64,000 nt of DNA, from positions 36,945-100,944 of the forward strand of contig JBHICG010000006.1 in assembly GCA_046759445.1 (NCBI GenBank), written 5' to 3'. The notes under the pieces were generated by a model. It had not been told where the DNA came from. It was given only the letters and a program-made list of their open reading frames with translations, and searched no databases. Made by a program: the position numbers and the translations under genes. Below, piece by piece: positions 1 through 10,206 of this stretch (its first letter is position 1; each line of letters starts with the position of its first letter). The stretch is from Candidatus Scalinduaceae bacterium. GTDB taxonomy: Bacteria > Planctomycetota > Brocadiia > Brocadiales > Scalinduaceae.

Positions 1-1346
1 TACTTTGCATCTGGATAGTTATCCGTTATATATTGCCTGGTTCTACGGATAGAGATAATTTGTAGGACATCCGCTAACTGTGAAATATACCCCTTATCGG
101 CTTTCTTGAATTCCTTTTCAAGGTCAAAAATACCTTCCTTGAAAAAAACTCTTTTGTCGTTCTGGGCAAGCAGCATCAATTGAAAGTATAAGTCCCAGTG
201 GGTATTATTCATTGGGGTAGCGGTTAAGAGTAAGACCTTAGGTTTGTGTGTTTTGCTTGCTTTTTCTATAAGGGTGAATAATGTTTCATATCGATTTGAA
301 AATGGGTTCCTGAAATTATGAGATTCATCAATTACGATAAGGGCTATGTCTTCCAGTTTGAAATTCAGTTTTTTCTCCAAGATACTAAAGTCATAATCTT
401 CTCTTCCAAGTTCCTCCTGGTGAATAATATTTTCAGACACTCCAATATCCTTCAAAGCAGGTTTCCATAAAGGTTCATCCACAGATGCAGGGCATATTAC
501 AACAAACCTTTTACGTCTATAGAAACCAAAATCTTCGATAACCTTCTTAGCAATCCATGTTTTACCAAGACCAACAGAATCTGCAATCAAGACACCATTG
601 TATGTCTTAAGACGTGAATATATTCTTTTAACAGCATCCTCTTGAAAATTGGATAGGTCAACCTCGCTGGAGGGTAGCGTCTCTGGGGTCTCATATTGAT
701 ATAAGATGTCATCCTTCTGTAGTTCGTACAGGGATTTTATGAAGATACTGAAAGGTAGGTATTCTTTCGTTCCAAGTTTTGATTCATCCAGGATTCTTAT
801 AAACTCTTCTTTAAAGTTTGTTGCCTCATTCCAGAACTTCTCATACCATTCTTGTCTTATGTATCTACTGTGGGCTTCATCGAGTACTGCATTGAGTTCA
901 GTATTAGAAGTAAAACCAGAATACGTAAGATTGCTTGAACCGAGAATTGCTAATTTATCAAAGAGATATACTTTACCATGGAGAAATCCCTTTCTGTAAA
1001 GTCTAACTTCGACATTCGTTTGTTTCAGGAATTCAATTAGTGTAGTAACTGTGTCTTTTTTATCTTTTTCAAATGCTTCATCTTCTAAATCCTGCCTGAT
1101 GCCTTTTTTATATATCTGTTCAGGTTCAAAAATGTCAGGTTTTTTTACTTCCTTTTCTGGAGATATACCAAGAAGCAACCTGAACATTTCAACTCCAAGG
1201 ATTGAATCTTTTATCAATTGAAAACCAGATATATTGAAATAGGCGGTTGAAACATCAAAGGTCTTTTGTCCCTGTAATATTTTGTTCAGCTCTTCAAATA
1301 GCTTAAGCTTGTTATTGTCTATTATTAAGCTTTCAGGTCGATACAT
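1..1346 (-). CDS. PLD-nuclease + SNF2/SF2 helicase fusion (N-terminal part; runs off the window; not in ORF track)
   Basis: Manual translation from ATG at 1346 (MYRPESLIIDNN...) gives the PLD motif HGKVYLFD...GSSNLT, Walker A ADSVGLGKT, DESH and motif III LLTATP in one frame. Confidence 0.88.
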   Translation of the reverse strand, partial: MYRPESLIIDNNKLKLFEELNKILQGQKTFDVSTAYFNISGFQLIKDSILGVEMFRLLLGISPEKEVKKPDIFEPEQIYKKGIRQDLEDEAFEKDKKDTVTTLIEFLKQTNVEVRLYRKGFLHGKVYLFDKLAILGSSNLTYSGFTSNTELNAVLDEAHSRYIRQEWYEKFWNEATNFKEEFIRILDESKLGTKEYLPFSIFIKSLYELQKDDILYQYETPETLPSSEVDLSNFQEDAVKRIYSRLKTYNGVLIADSVGLGKTWIAKKVIEDFGFYRRKRFVVICPASVDEPLWKPALKDIGVSENIIHQEELGREDYDFSILEKKLNFKLEDIALIVIDESHNFRNPFSNRYETLFTLIEKASKTHKPKVLLLTATPMNNTHWDLYFQLMLLAQNDKRVFFKEGIFDLEKEFKKADKGYISQLADVLQIISIRRTRQYITDNYPDAK

Positions 1347-1355
1347 GATTTTGTT

Positions 1356-1727
1356 TCACCTATTGTAATGTTTTACTATTCTATCCCTATCCTCAGTTTC
1401 TTTGTTTCCTTTGTAATAAATTTCAACTAGCTCAATTTTATCTACTTCTTTAAAATAGGCGTAGATTACTCTGATGCCGGATTGAACTCCTTTACCTTTT
1501 AAAGACTTACAGGCAAATTTTCTTGCCTTATATATTTTAGGACATTCTATTTGTAAACCAGTTAATGGGAATATGCCTTTATTATCTATTTTTAATTTGT
1601 GGTAAAGATACAACTCTTTCTCAATAAATATCTTTAAATCATCTTCCAGGGTTTTAAATTTTTTAAGAAGTTTCTTTATATCCTTCTCAAATTCAGGAAG
1701 ATGGGATATTTTATGAAATGTCTTCAA
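1356..1727 (-). CDS. RelE/HigB-like toxin
   Basis: 123 aa basic protein with EFEKDIKKLLKK...YKARKF...GKG.QSGIRVIYAY...IYYKG; overlaps the upstream antitoxin. Confidence 0.7.
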   Translation of the reverse strand: MKTFHKISHLPEFEKDIKKLLKKFKTLEDDLKIFIEKELYLYHKLKIDNKGIFPLTGLQIECPKIYKARKFACKSLKGKGVQSGIRVIYAYFKEVDKIELVEIYYKGNKETEDRDRIVKHYNR

Positions 1728-2490
1728 CGTATTCTCTTACTGAATAGGGGGGTGTTCTGTAAAAGACAGACTCATATTCGATAATATCTTGATCTTTTGT
1801 GGTTAGCCAGGGAACATCATTGTGGGAGTATTCACTTATTTGAGCAGCGTTCATTTCAGAAAGCCTGTTCAATGTATCGTCAATAACTTCAATTTCATTT
1901 GCCTTTAGTTTAGATAGGTCTGCTTTTCTCAAAGGTAAGTATTTGGTCTGGGGGTATTCGAAATAGCTACTTTCAACTTTTATGATTTTTTCTTCTTTAA
2001 TCATCTTGCTGGCTATCTTTTTAAATTCTATGGGCGTTGGTCCATAGCGATTTTTAATATAAGTGGCACCTATCAATTGTTCTTCATATTTTTCATAGAA
2101 ATCAAAGTCAATGAAGTACAGAAGCTTATAAATTACAGTCTCTCCAATGTTTGATTTTGAGCCAACCTTATTAAGAATGTAAAGAAAAACCTCCTGAAAT
2201 TTCTCCAGATTCTTCTGCGGAACATTGATTCTGATTTGAGGCTTTGATTCTTTCCTTTTCTTGGTTTCTTTTAAAATCACTTCAGGTTCTTTTTTTAAAT
2301 CCAGTAAACTATCTACTGAAATATCGAATATCTTTGATAGTTTTATTAATTCATCTGCGGAAATTCTTCTTTCTCCGTTTTCTATCTGAGAGATTGTTGG
2401 GCGTGAGACCGTTAACCGATCGGCGAGCTTTTGTTGGCTAATTCCTGATTGCTCTCTCAATTCTCTTATTCTATGACCAATCTTAACCAT
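1711..2490 (-). CDS. XRE HTH + Panacea (DUF4065/SocA-like) antitoxin
   Basis: N-terminal HTH (ISQQKLADRLTVSRPTISQIENGER); C-terminal KLLYFIDF...YGPTP...SEYSH...PW Panacea motifs. Confidence 0.82.
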   Translation of the reverse strand: MVKIGHRIRELREQSGISQQKLADRLTVSRPTISQIENGERRISADELIKLSKIFDISVDSLLDLKKEPEVILKETKKRKESKPQIRINVPQKNLEKFQEVFLYILNKVGSKSNIGETVIYKLLYFIDFDFYEKYEEQLIGATYIKNRYGPTPIEFKKIASKMIKEEKIIKVESSYFEYPQTKYLPLRKADLSKLKANEIEVIDDTLNRLSEMNAAQISEYSHNDVPWLTTKDQDIIEYESVFYRTPPYSVREYVEDIS

Positions 2491-2509
2491 AATAGTCTCC
2501 TTTTTTATG

Positions 2510-2538
2510 ATATTACATAATGTAAGATATTATGTCAA
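2510..2538 (-). promoter_or_regulatory. sigma70-like promoter of the TA-helicase operon with an overlapping palindrome (candidate operator)
   Basis: Minus strand TTGACA-17nt-TAATAT; palindrome TTACAT-A-ATGTAA at 2513-2525; SD GGAG upstream of ATG 2490. Confidence 0.6.
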
Positions 2539-2560
2539 GAGAATGTTGTATAATATTACA

Positions 2561-3916
2561 CTAGATAATCTTTGATATAGCATGGGCAAGTTTGTTTATA
2601 TCCTCTTTTGTCTTTGTCTCTGTTACACACAGAAGCATGGCGTTTTTGATGTCTGGATAAAGACGTGATATGTCAAGACCACCTATTATGCCGGATTCAA
2701 AGAGGTGTTTATTTATGTCTTTTATTTTACAGTCAGCCGTAATCTTTATGGCAAATTCGTTAAAGAAGGGTTTGTCAAATAATTGCTCTATTCTGTCTAT
2801 CTCGCATAGTCTGGCCATTGCATAGTGACTCTTGTAAACGTTCAATTCGCTAACTTCTTTCATTCCAGCCTTGCCTAATGTGGCGAGATAGATGCATGTC
2901 CTGAGCGCTAACAGTTGCTGGTTTGTACAGATATTTGATGTCGCCTTTCCGCGTCTGATATGTTGTTCCCTTGTCTGAAGCGTGAGTGTGAATGCACGCC
3001 TGCCTTTTGAATCGGTTGTAGCGCCGGCAATTCTTCCCGGCATCTTTCTCATAAGTTCTTTGCTAGTTGCAAAAAACCCAGCATGCGGTCCACCGTAATA
3101 AACATGATTGCCCAATACCTGTATGTCTCCTACAGCAATGTCTGCATTATACTCTCCGGGTGGTTTGATTACTCCTAATGTCATCGGATTAACACAGGCA
3201 ACAAAAAGTGCTTTATTCTTATGGGTTAATTCTACCATCTCTTCTATTTCTTCCAGACAACCTAAGAAGTTTGGTGTCTGGATTAAGACGCATGCAGTAT
3301 TAGGGTCAATCATATTTTCAAGTTCTGAGACAGACGTGATGCCGTTATCCATTTCAAGCTCTATGAGTTTAACATTCAGTCCCTGAAGATAAGTTGATAA
3401 TACTTCCCTGTATTCAGGGTGAACGGTTTTTGACACTATAACCTTTTCTTTTTGTGTATACCTTAGGGCCATAATTGCCGCTTCCGCCATGGAAGATGCG
3501 CCATCATACAATGAAGCATTTGCTACATCCATTGCCAGTAACTCGCATATCATGCTCTGGAATTCATATATTGCCTGTAGCGTTCCCTGACTTACTTCAG
3601 GCTGATAGGGGGTGTAACAGGTATAAAATTCGCCTCTACCACTTAAATGGCCAACGATGCTCGGAATAAAATGCTCATAAGCCCCTGCGCCAAGATATGA
3701 AGCGTATTTATTAATGGTTGCATTATTATCGCTTAAAGACTTGAAGGAGCGTTTAAGTTCCATTTCGGAGATTCCAGCAGGTATGCTTATGGGTTTGCAA
3801 AGCAATTCTTTCGGTATGTCCTGTAAAAGATCATCTATTGATGAGACTCCAATCTCTTTAAGCATTGATTTGATATCTGATGCTGTGTTAGGAATATAAT
3901 TTATTTTGTTTGGCAC
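2561..3916 (-). CDS. gcvPA: Glycine dehydrogenase (decarboxylating) subunit 1
   Basis: YLGAGAYEH, YTPYQPEVSQG, ANASLYDG, REQHIRRGKATSNICTNQ motifs. Confidence 0.95.
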   Translation of the reverse strand: MPNKINYIPNTASDIKSMLKEIGVSSIDDLLQDIPKELLCKPISIPAGISEMELKRSFKSLSDNNATINKYASYLGAGAYEHFIPSIVGHLSGRGEFYTCYTPYQPEVSQGTLQAIYEFQSMICELLAMDVANASLYDGASSMAEAAIMALRYTQKEKVIVSKTVHPEYREVLSTYLQGLNVKLIELEMDNGITSVSELENMIDPNTACVLIQTPNFLGCLEEIEEMVELTHKNKALFVACVNPMTLGVIKPPGEYNADIAVGDIQVLGNHVYYGGPHAGFFATSKELMRKMPGRIAGATTDSKGRRAFTLTLQTREQHIRRGKATSNICTNQQLLALRTCIYLATLGKAGMKEVSELNVYKSHYAMARLCEIDRIEQLFDKPFFNEFAIKITADCKIKDINKHLFESGIIGGLDISRLYPDIKNAMLLCVTETKTKEDINKLAHAISKII

Positions 3917-4287
3917 AATTCTTCGTATTCCTTATTCGATAAAAGATTTTTTAACTGTTGAAGGTCTGCCATTTCAATCTGAAAAAACCAGCCTTTGCCA
4001 TAAGGGTCTTGGTTTACCAACTGTGGATTATCCTCAAGATTATTGTTTATTTCGATGACTTTACCAGAAACTGGTGCGTAGATATCATAGGCGGCCTTTA
4101 CAGATTCAACAACCGCACACGCCTTACCAGCTTCCACAATGCTGTCCAAGGCGGGCAATTCAACATAAACAACGTCGCCAAGTTGATCCTGGGCATGGAA
4201 CGTAATGCCAATCCTGACCTTGTTCTCTTCTTCTCTCCTCGACCACTCATGAGTCTCTGCATAGAATAAATCTTCTGGAATATTCAT
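3901..4287 (-). CDS. gcvH: Glycine cleavage system H protein
   Basis: LGDVVYVELP, VESVKAA (lipoyl-Lys), NQDPYGKGW. Confidence 0.96.
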   Translation of the reverse strand: MNIPEDLFYAETHEWSRREEENKVRIGITFHAQDQLGDVVYVELPALDSIVEAGKACAVVESVKAAYDIYAPVSGKVIEINNNLEDNPQLVNQDPYGKGWFFQIEMADLQQLKNLLSNKEYEELCQTK

Positions 4288-5394
4288 TTATCTACCTTTC
4301 TTTGGTTTATGGATAAAGGGTGTATTCACGATTACGGCGGGATGACTTGTACTCCTGATTTTTATGTCAATATGCCTGTCAAGTTCTGCAAATGCAACAG
4401 GAACATATCCAAGACCTATACCTATCCCCAAAGTAGGGCTAAAGGTTCCACTTGTTACTCTACCTATAATATCATCATGATAAGATATCTCATTATTTAA
4501 TCTGGGTATGGCTTTGTCAAGCATCTTAAATGCGATTAGTTTTTTCTTTAAGCCATGTTCCCTTTGCTTTAATAATGAATCCTTGCCAATAAAGTTTACC
4601 TTGTTGAATTTTACAGTCCAGCCTATATTTGCTTCAAGCGGTGTAACTGATTCATCGATATCATTACCATAGAGGAGAAAGCCAGCCTCTAATCGTAATG
4701 TGTCTCTTGCACCCAGGCCGGCGGGTTTGAGTTCCATGTCCTTGCCTTTTTCAAGTAGCATGTTCCATAAGTGTTCACAATGCAATTGGTCGAGAAAGAT
4801 TTCAAATCCATCCTCTCCTGTGTACCCGGTTCTGGATATTGTTAGTTTCATTTCATTCTTAGTTGTTTCTGTAAATTGAAAACGTCTAAGAGATACGCAT
4901 TCCTCACCAAATACTTGTTCAATTATGTGTTCAGAATTTGGTCCTTGAATTGCCAGAAGGGAGATTTGGTCACTTAAATTGTTTATGTTTGTGTCGTTTG
5001 TTTTGAGCTTTGTTATCCAATCGTTGTCTTTCTTTATGTTTGCACAGTTTACGACGAGCATGTACTTTTCAGCATTATATTTATAAACTATAATATCATC
5101 AATAATCCCTCCGTCATTATTGCATATCGGAGTGTATGTGGCTTTGTTTGTTGGTAGATTACTAACGTCATTAGCCATAATCTTTTGGATTAATTCGGTT
5201 GCTCCTTTTCCATCTACGATTATTTCTCCCATATGGGAAATATCAAAAATGCCTGCATTATTTCTTACATTCTGATGTTCATTGATAATGCTGTCATATT
5301 GTAGAGGCATTAAAAAGTTGTGGAAGTCAACAATCCTGGCGCCAAGGTTTACGTGTACGTCATGTAATGGTGTTTTTTTGTTGCTTTTAATCAA
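4288..5394 (-). CDS. gcvT: Glycine cleavage system aminomethyltransferase T
   Basis: FDISHMG, RTGYTGEDGFE, GLGARDTLRLEAG. Confidence 0.96.
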   Translation of the reverse strand: MIKSNKKTPLHDVHVNLGARIVDFHNFLMPLQYDSIINEHQNVRNNAGIFDISHMGEIIVDGKGATELIQKIMANDVSNLPTNKATYTPICNNDGGIIDDIIVYKYNAEKYMLVVNCANIKKDNDWITKLKTNDTNINNLSDQISLLAIQGPNSEHIIEQVFGEECVSLRRFQFTETTKNEMKLTISRTGYTGEDGFEIFLDQLHCEHLWNMLLEKGKDMELKPAGLGARDTLRLEAGFLLYGNDIDESVTPLEANIGWTVKFNKVNFIGKDSLLKQREHGLKKKLIAFKMLDKAIPRLNNEISYHDDIIGRVTSGTFSPTLGIGIGLGYVPVAFAELDRHIDIKIRSTSHPAVIVNTPFIHKPKKGR

Positions 5395-5491
5395 TAGTAT
5401 CCTTTTCCTTAAGGGAAAAAAAATTTACTTGTAAAGTATGAATTTTAGTAATATATTAAAAATTATTAAGTATTTCAAAAAGAATAATTAG

Positions 5492-6073
5492 GTGCAATTT
5501 ATGATACAGGAATTTAAGATTAAGAGAATCATTGTTTTTGCTGTTATATTAATTCTTATTTGCTTGATATGTATATTTATGGCAATAACATCAGTCGGAA
5601 AATATAGGGCAGAAATGATCGAATCAACAAACTTAGAACAGAAATTGAATAATATGGAACAAGATCTTAGAAATCTTGATATGAGGATCAAGGAACTTGA
5701 AATAAGAAGACAGGCTTTAAGTTTGGAGAAAGGGCAGATAAGTAAAGATTATGCAGCGCTTAAAGACAAATACACATTTCTCGGGAAAACTATTAGGACA
5801 TTGGAAAGTGACGTGAATACATTACAAAAACTCATAAGTGAGAATGAGGAAATTGAAGAGGAATCTGATGAAGATACTAAAGAGATAGAGTCCCAATTAA
5901 GTCTGTTGAAAAGTCAAAACGATAAATTACTAAAAGAGCTTGCAAAGAAGACAAAAGAGAAAATGATACTGGAAATTGCCTTAAAGGCACAGGCAAAAAG
6001 ATTGGGAATATCAGAGGGGTACAATCCAGAGTTAAAAGAACTATTAAAAAACTTTACAACAAGCCTGCAGTAA
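5492..6073 (+). CDS. Membrane-anchored coiled-coil hypothetical protein (start probably ATG 5501)
   Basis: One N-terminal hydrophobic helix followed by an E/K/L-rich heptad-like region. Confidence 0.7.
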   Translation: MQFMIQEFKIKRIIVFAVILILICLICIFMAITSVGKYRAEMIESTNLEQKLNNMEQDLRNLDMRIKELEIRRQALSLEKGQISKDYAALKDKYTFLGKTIRTLESDVNTLQKLISENEEIEEESDEDTKEIESQLSLLKSQNDKLLKELAKKTKEKMILEIALKAQAKRLGISEGYNPELKELLKNFTTSLQ

Positions 6074-6364
6074 AACGTCGTTACCATTTCCCCGTAATCC
6101 GTTATATACCAATAAACAAGACACAGATTCCCGCAGACATACACGATAAAATATTATTTCTTATCTGGAACTTCATAGCAAACCTTCATATCTTTTCAGG
6201 ATACCACGAAGTATTAAAATTGTTATTATACTTCTGTAAATAGGTTTTTTGTCTCCTGTTAGAGGGAATTATTTGGGGTTGCATTATATACTATCATCTA
6301 TTGTATTAAGAAAGGGGAAGAGAAAAGAAATTCCACAGATATAAATATCGAGTAATGGAAAAAA

Positions 6365-6646
6365 TCAGTTAATGTCAGCTACTTTTACAGACAACAAAAT
6401 TCTTCTATCAAACAACCTTCTTCTGTCTTTTGGGGAATGGCGAGTAGAATTAAGGTAGTATTTTCCAGATCTAAAGATTACGTTTTTCATCGCTAAATCT
6501 TTTTGGGTTTCTAAAAGAAGTCCGCTTCCATCTATTTCACAAACTAATTCATCAGAGAACTCCCACCTGTTAATTTTTTTATTTAGTCTTCCGATTCCAC
6601 ATGGAAAACTCAGAGGGAGTCTCAGCATTAATCTCCTTTCCTCCAT
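6365..6646 (-). CDS. Small PilZ-like protein, possibly degenerate
   Basis: ERRLMLR (RxxxR) and EIDGSG (DxSxxG-like); SD-like GAGG upstream. Confidence 0.45.
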   Translation of the reverse strand: MEERRLMLRLPLSFPCGIGRLNKKINRWEFSDELVCEIDGSGLLLETQKDLAMKNVIFRSGKYYLNSTRHSPKDRRRLFDRRILLSVKVADIN

Positions 6647-7129
6647 ATCCTACTTCCTCTTCTAGTATGTTTATGTAAAATAAATGACAGAAGTGCATAA
6701 AAGATCAATTTGAGAAGTTAAATATCGTTCATCTCCTTACCAATAGTGGATTTACTAACTCAAAGTTGCCAAATATTTACGTAAGTTCTTAGTTTGTATA
6801 AAATAAGGTATGTTTGTTTTTCGTTACACTAATAAAGAATAGTTGAAAGAAAATTTGTTTTATTTCTGATGTTTTTGAGGAATTTGAAAAAATGTCATGG
6901 TTAGTCTTAGACAGACTAAGCCAAACATTATAAAAAGGATACACACCAAATTAAATATAGACTTTCACAGGGTAAAACATGAAATAAGTATTTTTTTCTA
7001 CGATTTAATCTAAAATTCTAGACTTTTGAGAATATGAGGATGGCATTGATTGGATCAAAGAGGAAGCAATTAAAAAAATCTAACAAATATGAAGAGAGAT
7101 TATGGTAATGACAAAGGAGTTTGATTTTC

Positions 7130-7486
7130 CTATCTTGGTATTTCGTTAGCAGTTTTATTTATTATTTCTTTTCCTTGTTTGCTAATGTCTGTAAACGAAG
7201 TTGCGATACCAAACATAGAAGAGTTCAGGTGTTCATCAATACGGATTATTTTTCCTACACAATTTATGAGAGGTGTAGATTTAGAAATATCTATTTTTAA
7301 ATCTAGATGTGTATTAATTCCTAAATTTTTTTTGTAATCAAAAAGCATACCTCCTTCACTCAAATTTTTCACAGTAACCATACCCCAGTCAGCGGAGACT
7401 ATCCTCTGAGCAATTATAGTTCGGAACCTTGCCTTAAAAGGTTTTTCTATTCTTTTATATTTCCTTCTTTCTAGACTATCATGCAT
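7130..7486 (-). CDS. PilZ domain protein (c-di-GMP receptor)
   Basis: ERRKYKR and NLSEGG motifs; GKIIRI; single-domain size. Confidence 0.8.
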   Translation of the reverse strand: MHDSLERRKYKRIEKPFKARFRTIIAQRIVSADWGMVTVKNLSEGGMLFDYKKNLGINTHLDLKIDISKSTPLINCVGKIIRIDEHLNSSMFGIATSFTDISKQGKEIINKTANEIPR

Positions 7487-7672
7487 AGGAAGATGTTGCC
7501 GTTTACTTTAAATTGTTCTTTAGATTGAAAGTTAAAGGTAGATTCTAATGGTGAAGAATTAATTAAACATTTCACCAATATTCAGCCACATTATTTTTTG
7601 TCAGCTCTTGCTACAATATGAATAAATGCTAATGAAATGATGCATTGAAGTCAATAAAATAGTTTCTTATTT

Positions 7673-8485
7673 CTATGACTTTCTTTTTAGAAATCTTATC
7701 GGTAATGTCAAACATAAAATGATAAAGAGGATTGCGACTATACAGGGTGATGTTGGGAGGTCAAAATTATATGAGAAAAGAAATCCTGTGAATGCAGATA
7801 TTATGCCAGCGGTTATGGCTATGATAAAGACGTTCTTCATCCTATTTGCGATGAGTAATCCAATCACAGCAGGGATGGTTAAGAACGACGTAATAAGCAG
7901 GTTTCCGGCAGTTCGTATCCCGATAGAGATAGCAGCGCCAATTGTTAGGTAAAGCATAAGTTCCCATAACCTTGCCCTCATACCAGAAGCTCTTGCCATC
8001 TCAAAATCGAGTGTGATTGATGCAAGTTCCTTGTAAAAAAGGAAATGTGCGATGAAGATGCATGTAACAATAATAGCCATCAAATATATTTGATACGGAG
8101 TTACTGCTAGTACATTCCCAAAGAGCAAATCGTCAATTTCGTGTATGCCTTTTGCACTTTTAGAGACTAGAAGGATTGTTGCGGCACTTGCCACGACGAA
8201 GCCTATACCTATTATACTTTCATTTGATAATCGCCTTTCTTCGAACCTCGTGGAAAATATAGCAACCCCCAGGAACGTAAACAATAAAGAAATGAGTGTA
8301 GGGTTCGTACCAGTTATAAAGGCTACTGCTATTCCAGCAGATGAGACCTGTGTTACCGCTACACTGACAAAGACAATCCTCTTCAGTACAACGTAAACGC
8401 TTAGATAAGAACACACTAAAGCCACAAGCAGCGAACACAGAATGGAATATTTGAAAAATTCTAAATTAGTGAGAAAATTTTCCAT
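7673..8485 (-). CDS. Zn/Mn-type metal ABC transporter permease
   Basis: Multi-TM ABC-3 family protein with LLFGNVL and D.EMARASG. Confidence 0.9.
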   Translation of the reverse strand: MENFLTNLEFFKYSILCSLLVALVCSYLSVYVVLKRIVFVSVAVTQVSSAGIAVAFITGTNPTLISLLFTFLGVAIFSTRFEERRLSNESIIGIGFVVASAATILLVSKSAKGIHEIDDLLFGNVLAVTPYQIYLMAIIVTCIFIAHFLFYKELASITLDFEMARASGMRARLWELMLYLTIGAAISIGIRTAGNLLITSFLTIPAVIGLLIANRMKNVFIIAITAGIISAFTGFLFSYNFDLPTSPCIVAILFIILCLTLPIRFLKRKS

Positions 8486-9233
8486 TTAATCTTGAAGTAA
8501 TTACTTTTTGTCCCGAAATATTAGTCATCTTAACCCGTACTCCGTATACCTTTAACATCATCTCTTCGGTAAGTATTGTATCAACAGGCCCTAAACTTAA
8601 AGTGCCTTTGTCAATAATAGCAAGTGTCTTCACATAGTTGGCTACTACGTTGAGGTCATGGCTGACTAATATAACGGTGAGTGGATATTTATCGTGTAGA
8701 TCCTTTACAAGTTTCATTATTGCCCACTCTCCATGAATATCCATTCCTTCAACGGGTTCATCAAGTAGTAGTATACTTGGTTTACCTACCATTGCCCTTG
8801 CAATCAATGTCCGTTGTTTTTGTCCGCCCGAGAGTTCTCTGTAATTTTTATATGCCAAATTCTCTATTCCAACGTTTTTTAACATTTCCTTGGCGATTTC
8901 ATAATCCTTTCTTTTTGGTCTTTTAAAAAGTCCTATTCTTCCATATCTTCCCATAATGACCATTTCCAGTACCGTAATAGGAAAAAGTTCGTCTACAAAG
9001 GCGTGTTGGGGAACATAACCAATTCTCCTTTCATGCCTCTGTTCATTATTGCTAAATGTAATTCTTCCTTTCAAGGGTCTTAATAATCCCAGGATTGCCT
9101 TTAAGAGAGTGGTTTTTCCAGAGCCGTTGGGTCCAACTATTCCAAAAAAATCTGCATTCTCTATGCTGAAATTTAGAGAAGTAAGCACTGGTTTTTTACC
9201 ATAACCAAGATGTACGTTGTCAAATTCAATCAT
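8466..9233 (-). CDS. Metal ABC transporter ATP-binding protein
   Basis: GPNGSGKT, IGYVPQ, LSGGQKQR, LLLDEP, SHDL. Confidence 0.93.
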   Translation of the reverse strand: MIEFDNVHLGYGKKPVLTSLNFSIENADFFGIVGPNGSGKTTLLKAILGLLRPLKGRITFSNNEQRHERRIGYVPQHAFVDELFPITVLEMVIMGRYGRIGLFKRPKRKDYEIAKEMLKNVGIENLAYKNYRELSGGQKQRTLIARAMVGKPSILLLDEPVEGMDIHGEWAIMKLVKDLHDKYPLTVILVSHDLNVVANYVKTLAIIDKGTLSLGPVDTILTEEMMLKVYGVRVKMTNISGQKVITSRLNGKFSH

Positions 9234-10206
9234 TGGGGTTTATTCCTAGTTCTACATATGTATTTACTAGCTTATCGATAATAAAATCAAAGAGGGCGAA
9301 ATAATCTTTGATTCCACTTATTCCTTCAACTGAAGTAGGTAGCGTTAATACCCTGGCGCCAGTCTTTGAGGAAATAAATTCTGGCACTTTGTTCTCATAA
9401 TACGGTTCCTTGATTATTAGCTTAATGTTTTCTATTCTCATCATCATAATAAGATTTTTAATGTGAGAGGGGGAGGGTGGTATTCCGGGTTTTGGCTCAA
9501 TATATTCTACCACCTTGAATCCAAATCTCTTCGTTAAATTTGGCCATGTCTTGTGATAGGCGATCACGTTAGTATTAGTATAAGGCTTTATTTTTTCTAA
9601 CCACTTAACCAGAGATGCATCTATTTTTTTATCAAAGAGTCTTTTATTGTCCTCGAAATAATTTGCGTTTTCTGGTGAGATCTTTTTTAAGCCTTTTAGA
9701 ATGTTTTGTGCGATTTTCTTGCCGTTGAGAGGGTCCAGCCAGTAATGCGGATTTCCAAATACATGGATGTCTCCCATTGCCCTGGTGATCCTCGTCTGTG
9801 GTATTTGTAGCAATTCAACACCTACTGAGGCATCAACGTATCCTGGAGAACCATACCTTATCCGTGGATTCCTTGCACCATCTTCAAGTAGTTGTGCCCA
9901 AAGCTCAAGATCCAAACCAACTTTAATAAATAGGTCAGCTTTATTGAGCTTTAGCATGTAACTTGGTTTTGGATCAACTATGTGAGGGTTTTGATATCCC
10001 TTTGTAATGCTATCCACCTTAACCTTATTGCCACCAATATACTCGGCAATAGATTTTAAATCCGTGGATGTGGTTATAACTATTATTTTCTTTGCAAATG
10101 CAGAGCTGGAGTTTAGGACAAACAATGGTAAAATTGCCGAGAAAAAAACAATTATTGTCCACATCGAAACTTTTTTCTTAAACATTTGTTTTCTCCATAT
10201 ATGCAA
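9226..10206 (-). CDS. Metal ABC transporter substrate-binding protein (ZnuA/TroA family)
   Basis: Signal peptide; NPH, GDIHVFGNPHYWLDP, AYH and EPKPGIPPSPSH motifs. Confidence 0.92.
   Translation of the reverse strand: MHIWRKQMFKKKVSMWTIIVFFSAILPLFVLNSSSAFAKKIIVITTSTDLKSIAEYIGGNKVKVDSITKGYQNPHIVDPKPSYMLKLNKADLFIKVGLDLELWAQLLEDGARNPRIRYGSPGYVDASVGVELLQIPQTRITRAMGDIHVFGNPHYWLDPLNGKKIAQNILKGLKKISPENANYFEDNKRLFDKKIDASLVKWLEKIKPYTNTNVIAYHKTWPNLTKRFGFKVVEYIEPKPGIPPSPSHIKNLIMMMRIENIKLIIKEPYYENKVPEFISSKTGARVLTLPTSVEGISGIKDYFALFDFIIDKLVNTYVELGINPND

Noticed and set aside
5395..5491. Glycine riboswitch upstream of gcvT
   Set aside because: The region is under 100 nt, very AT-rich and lacks the conserved aptamer motifs
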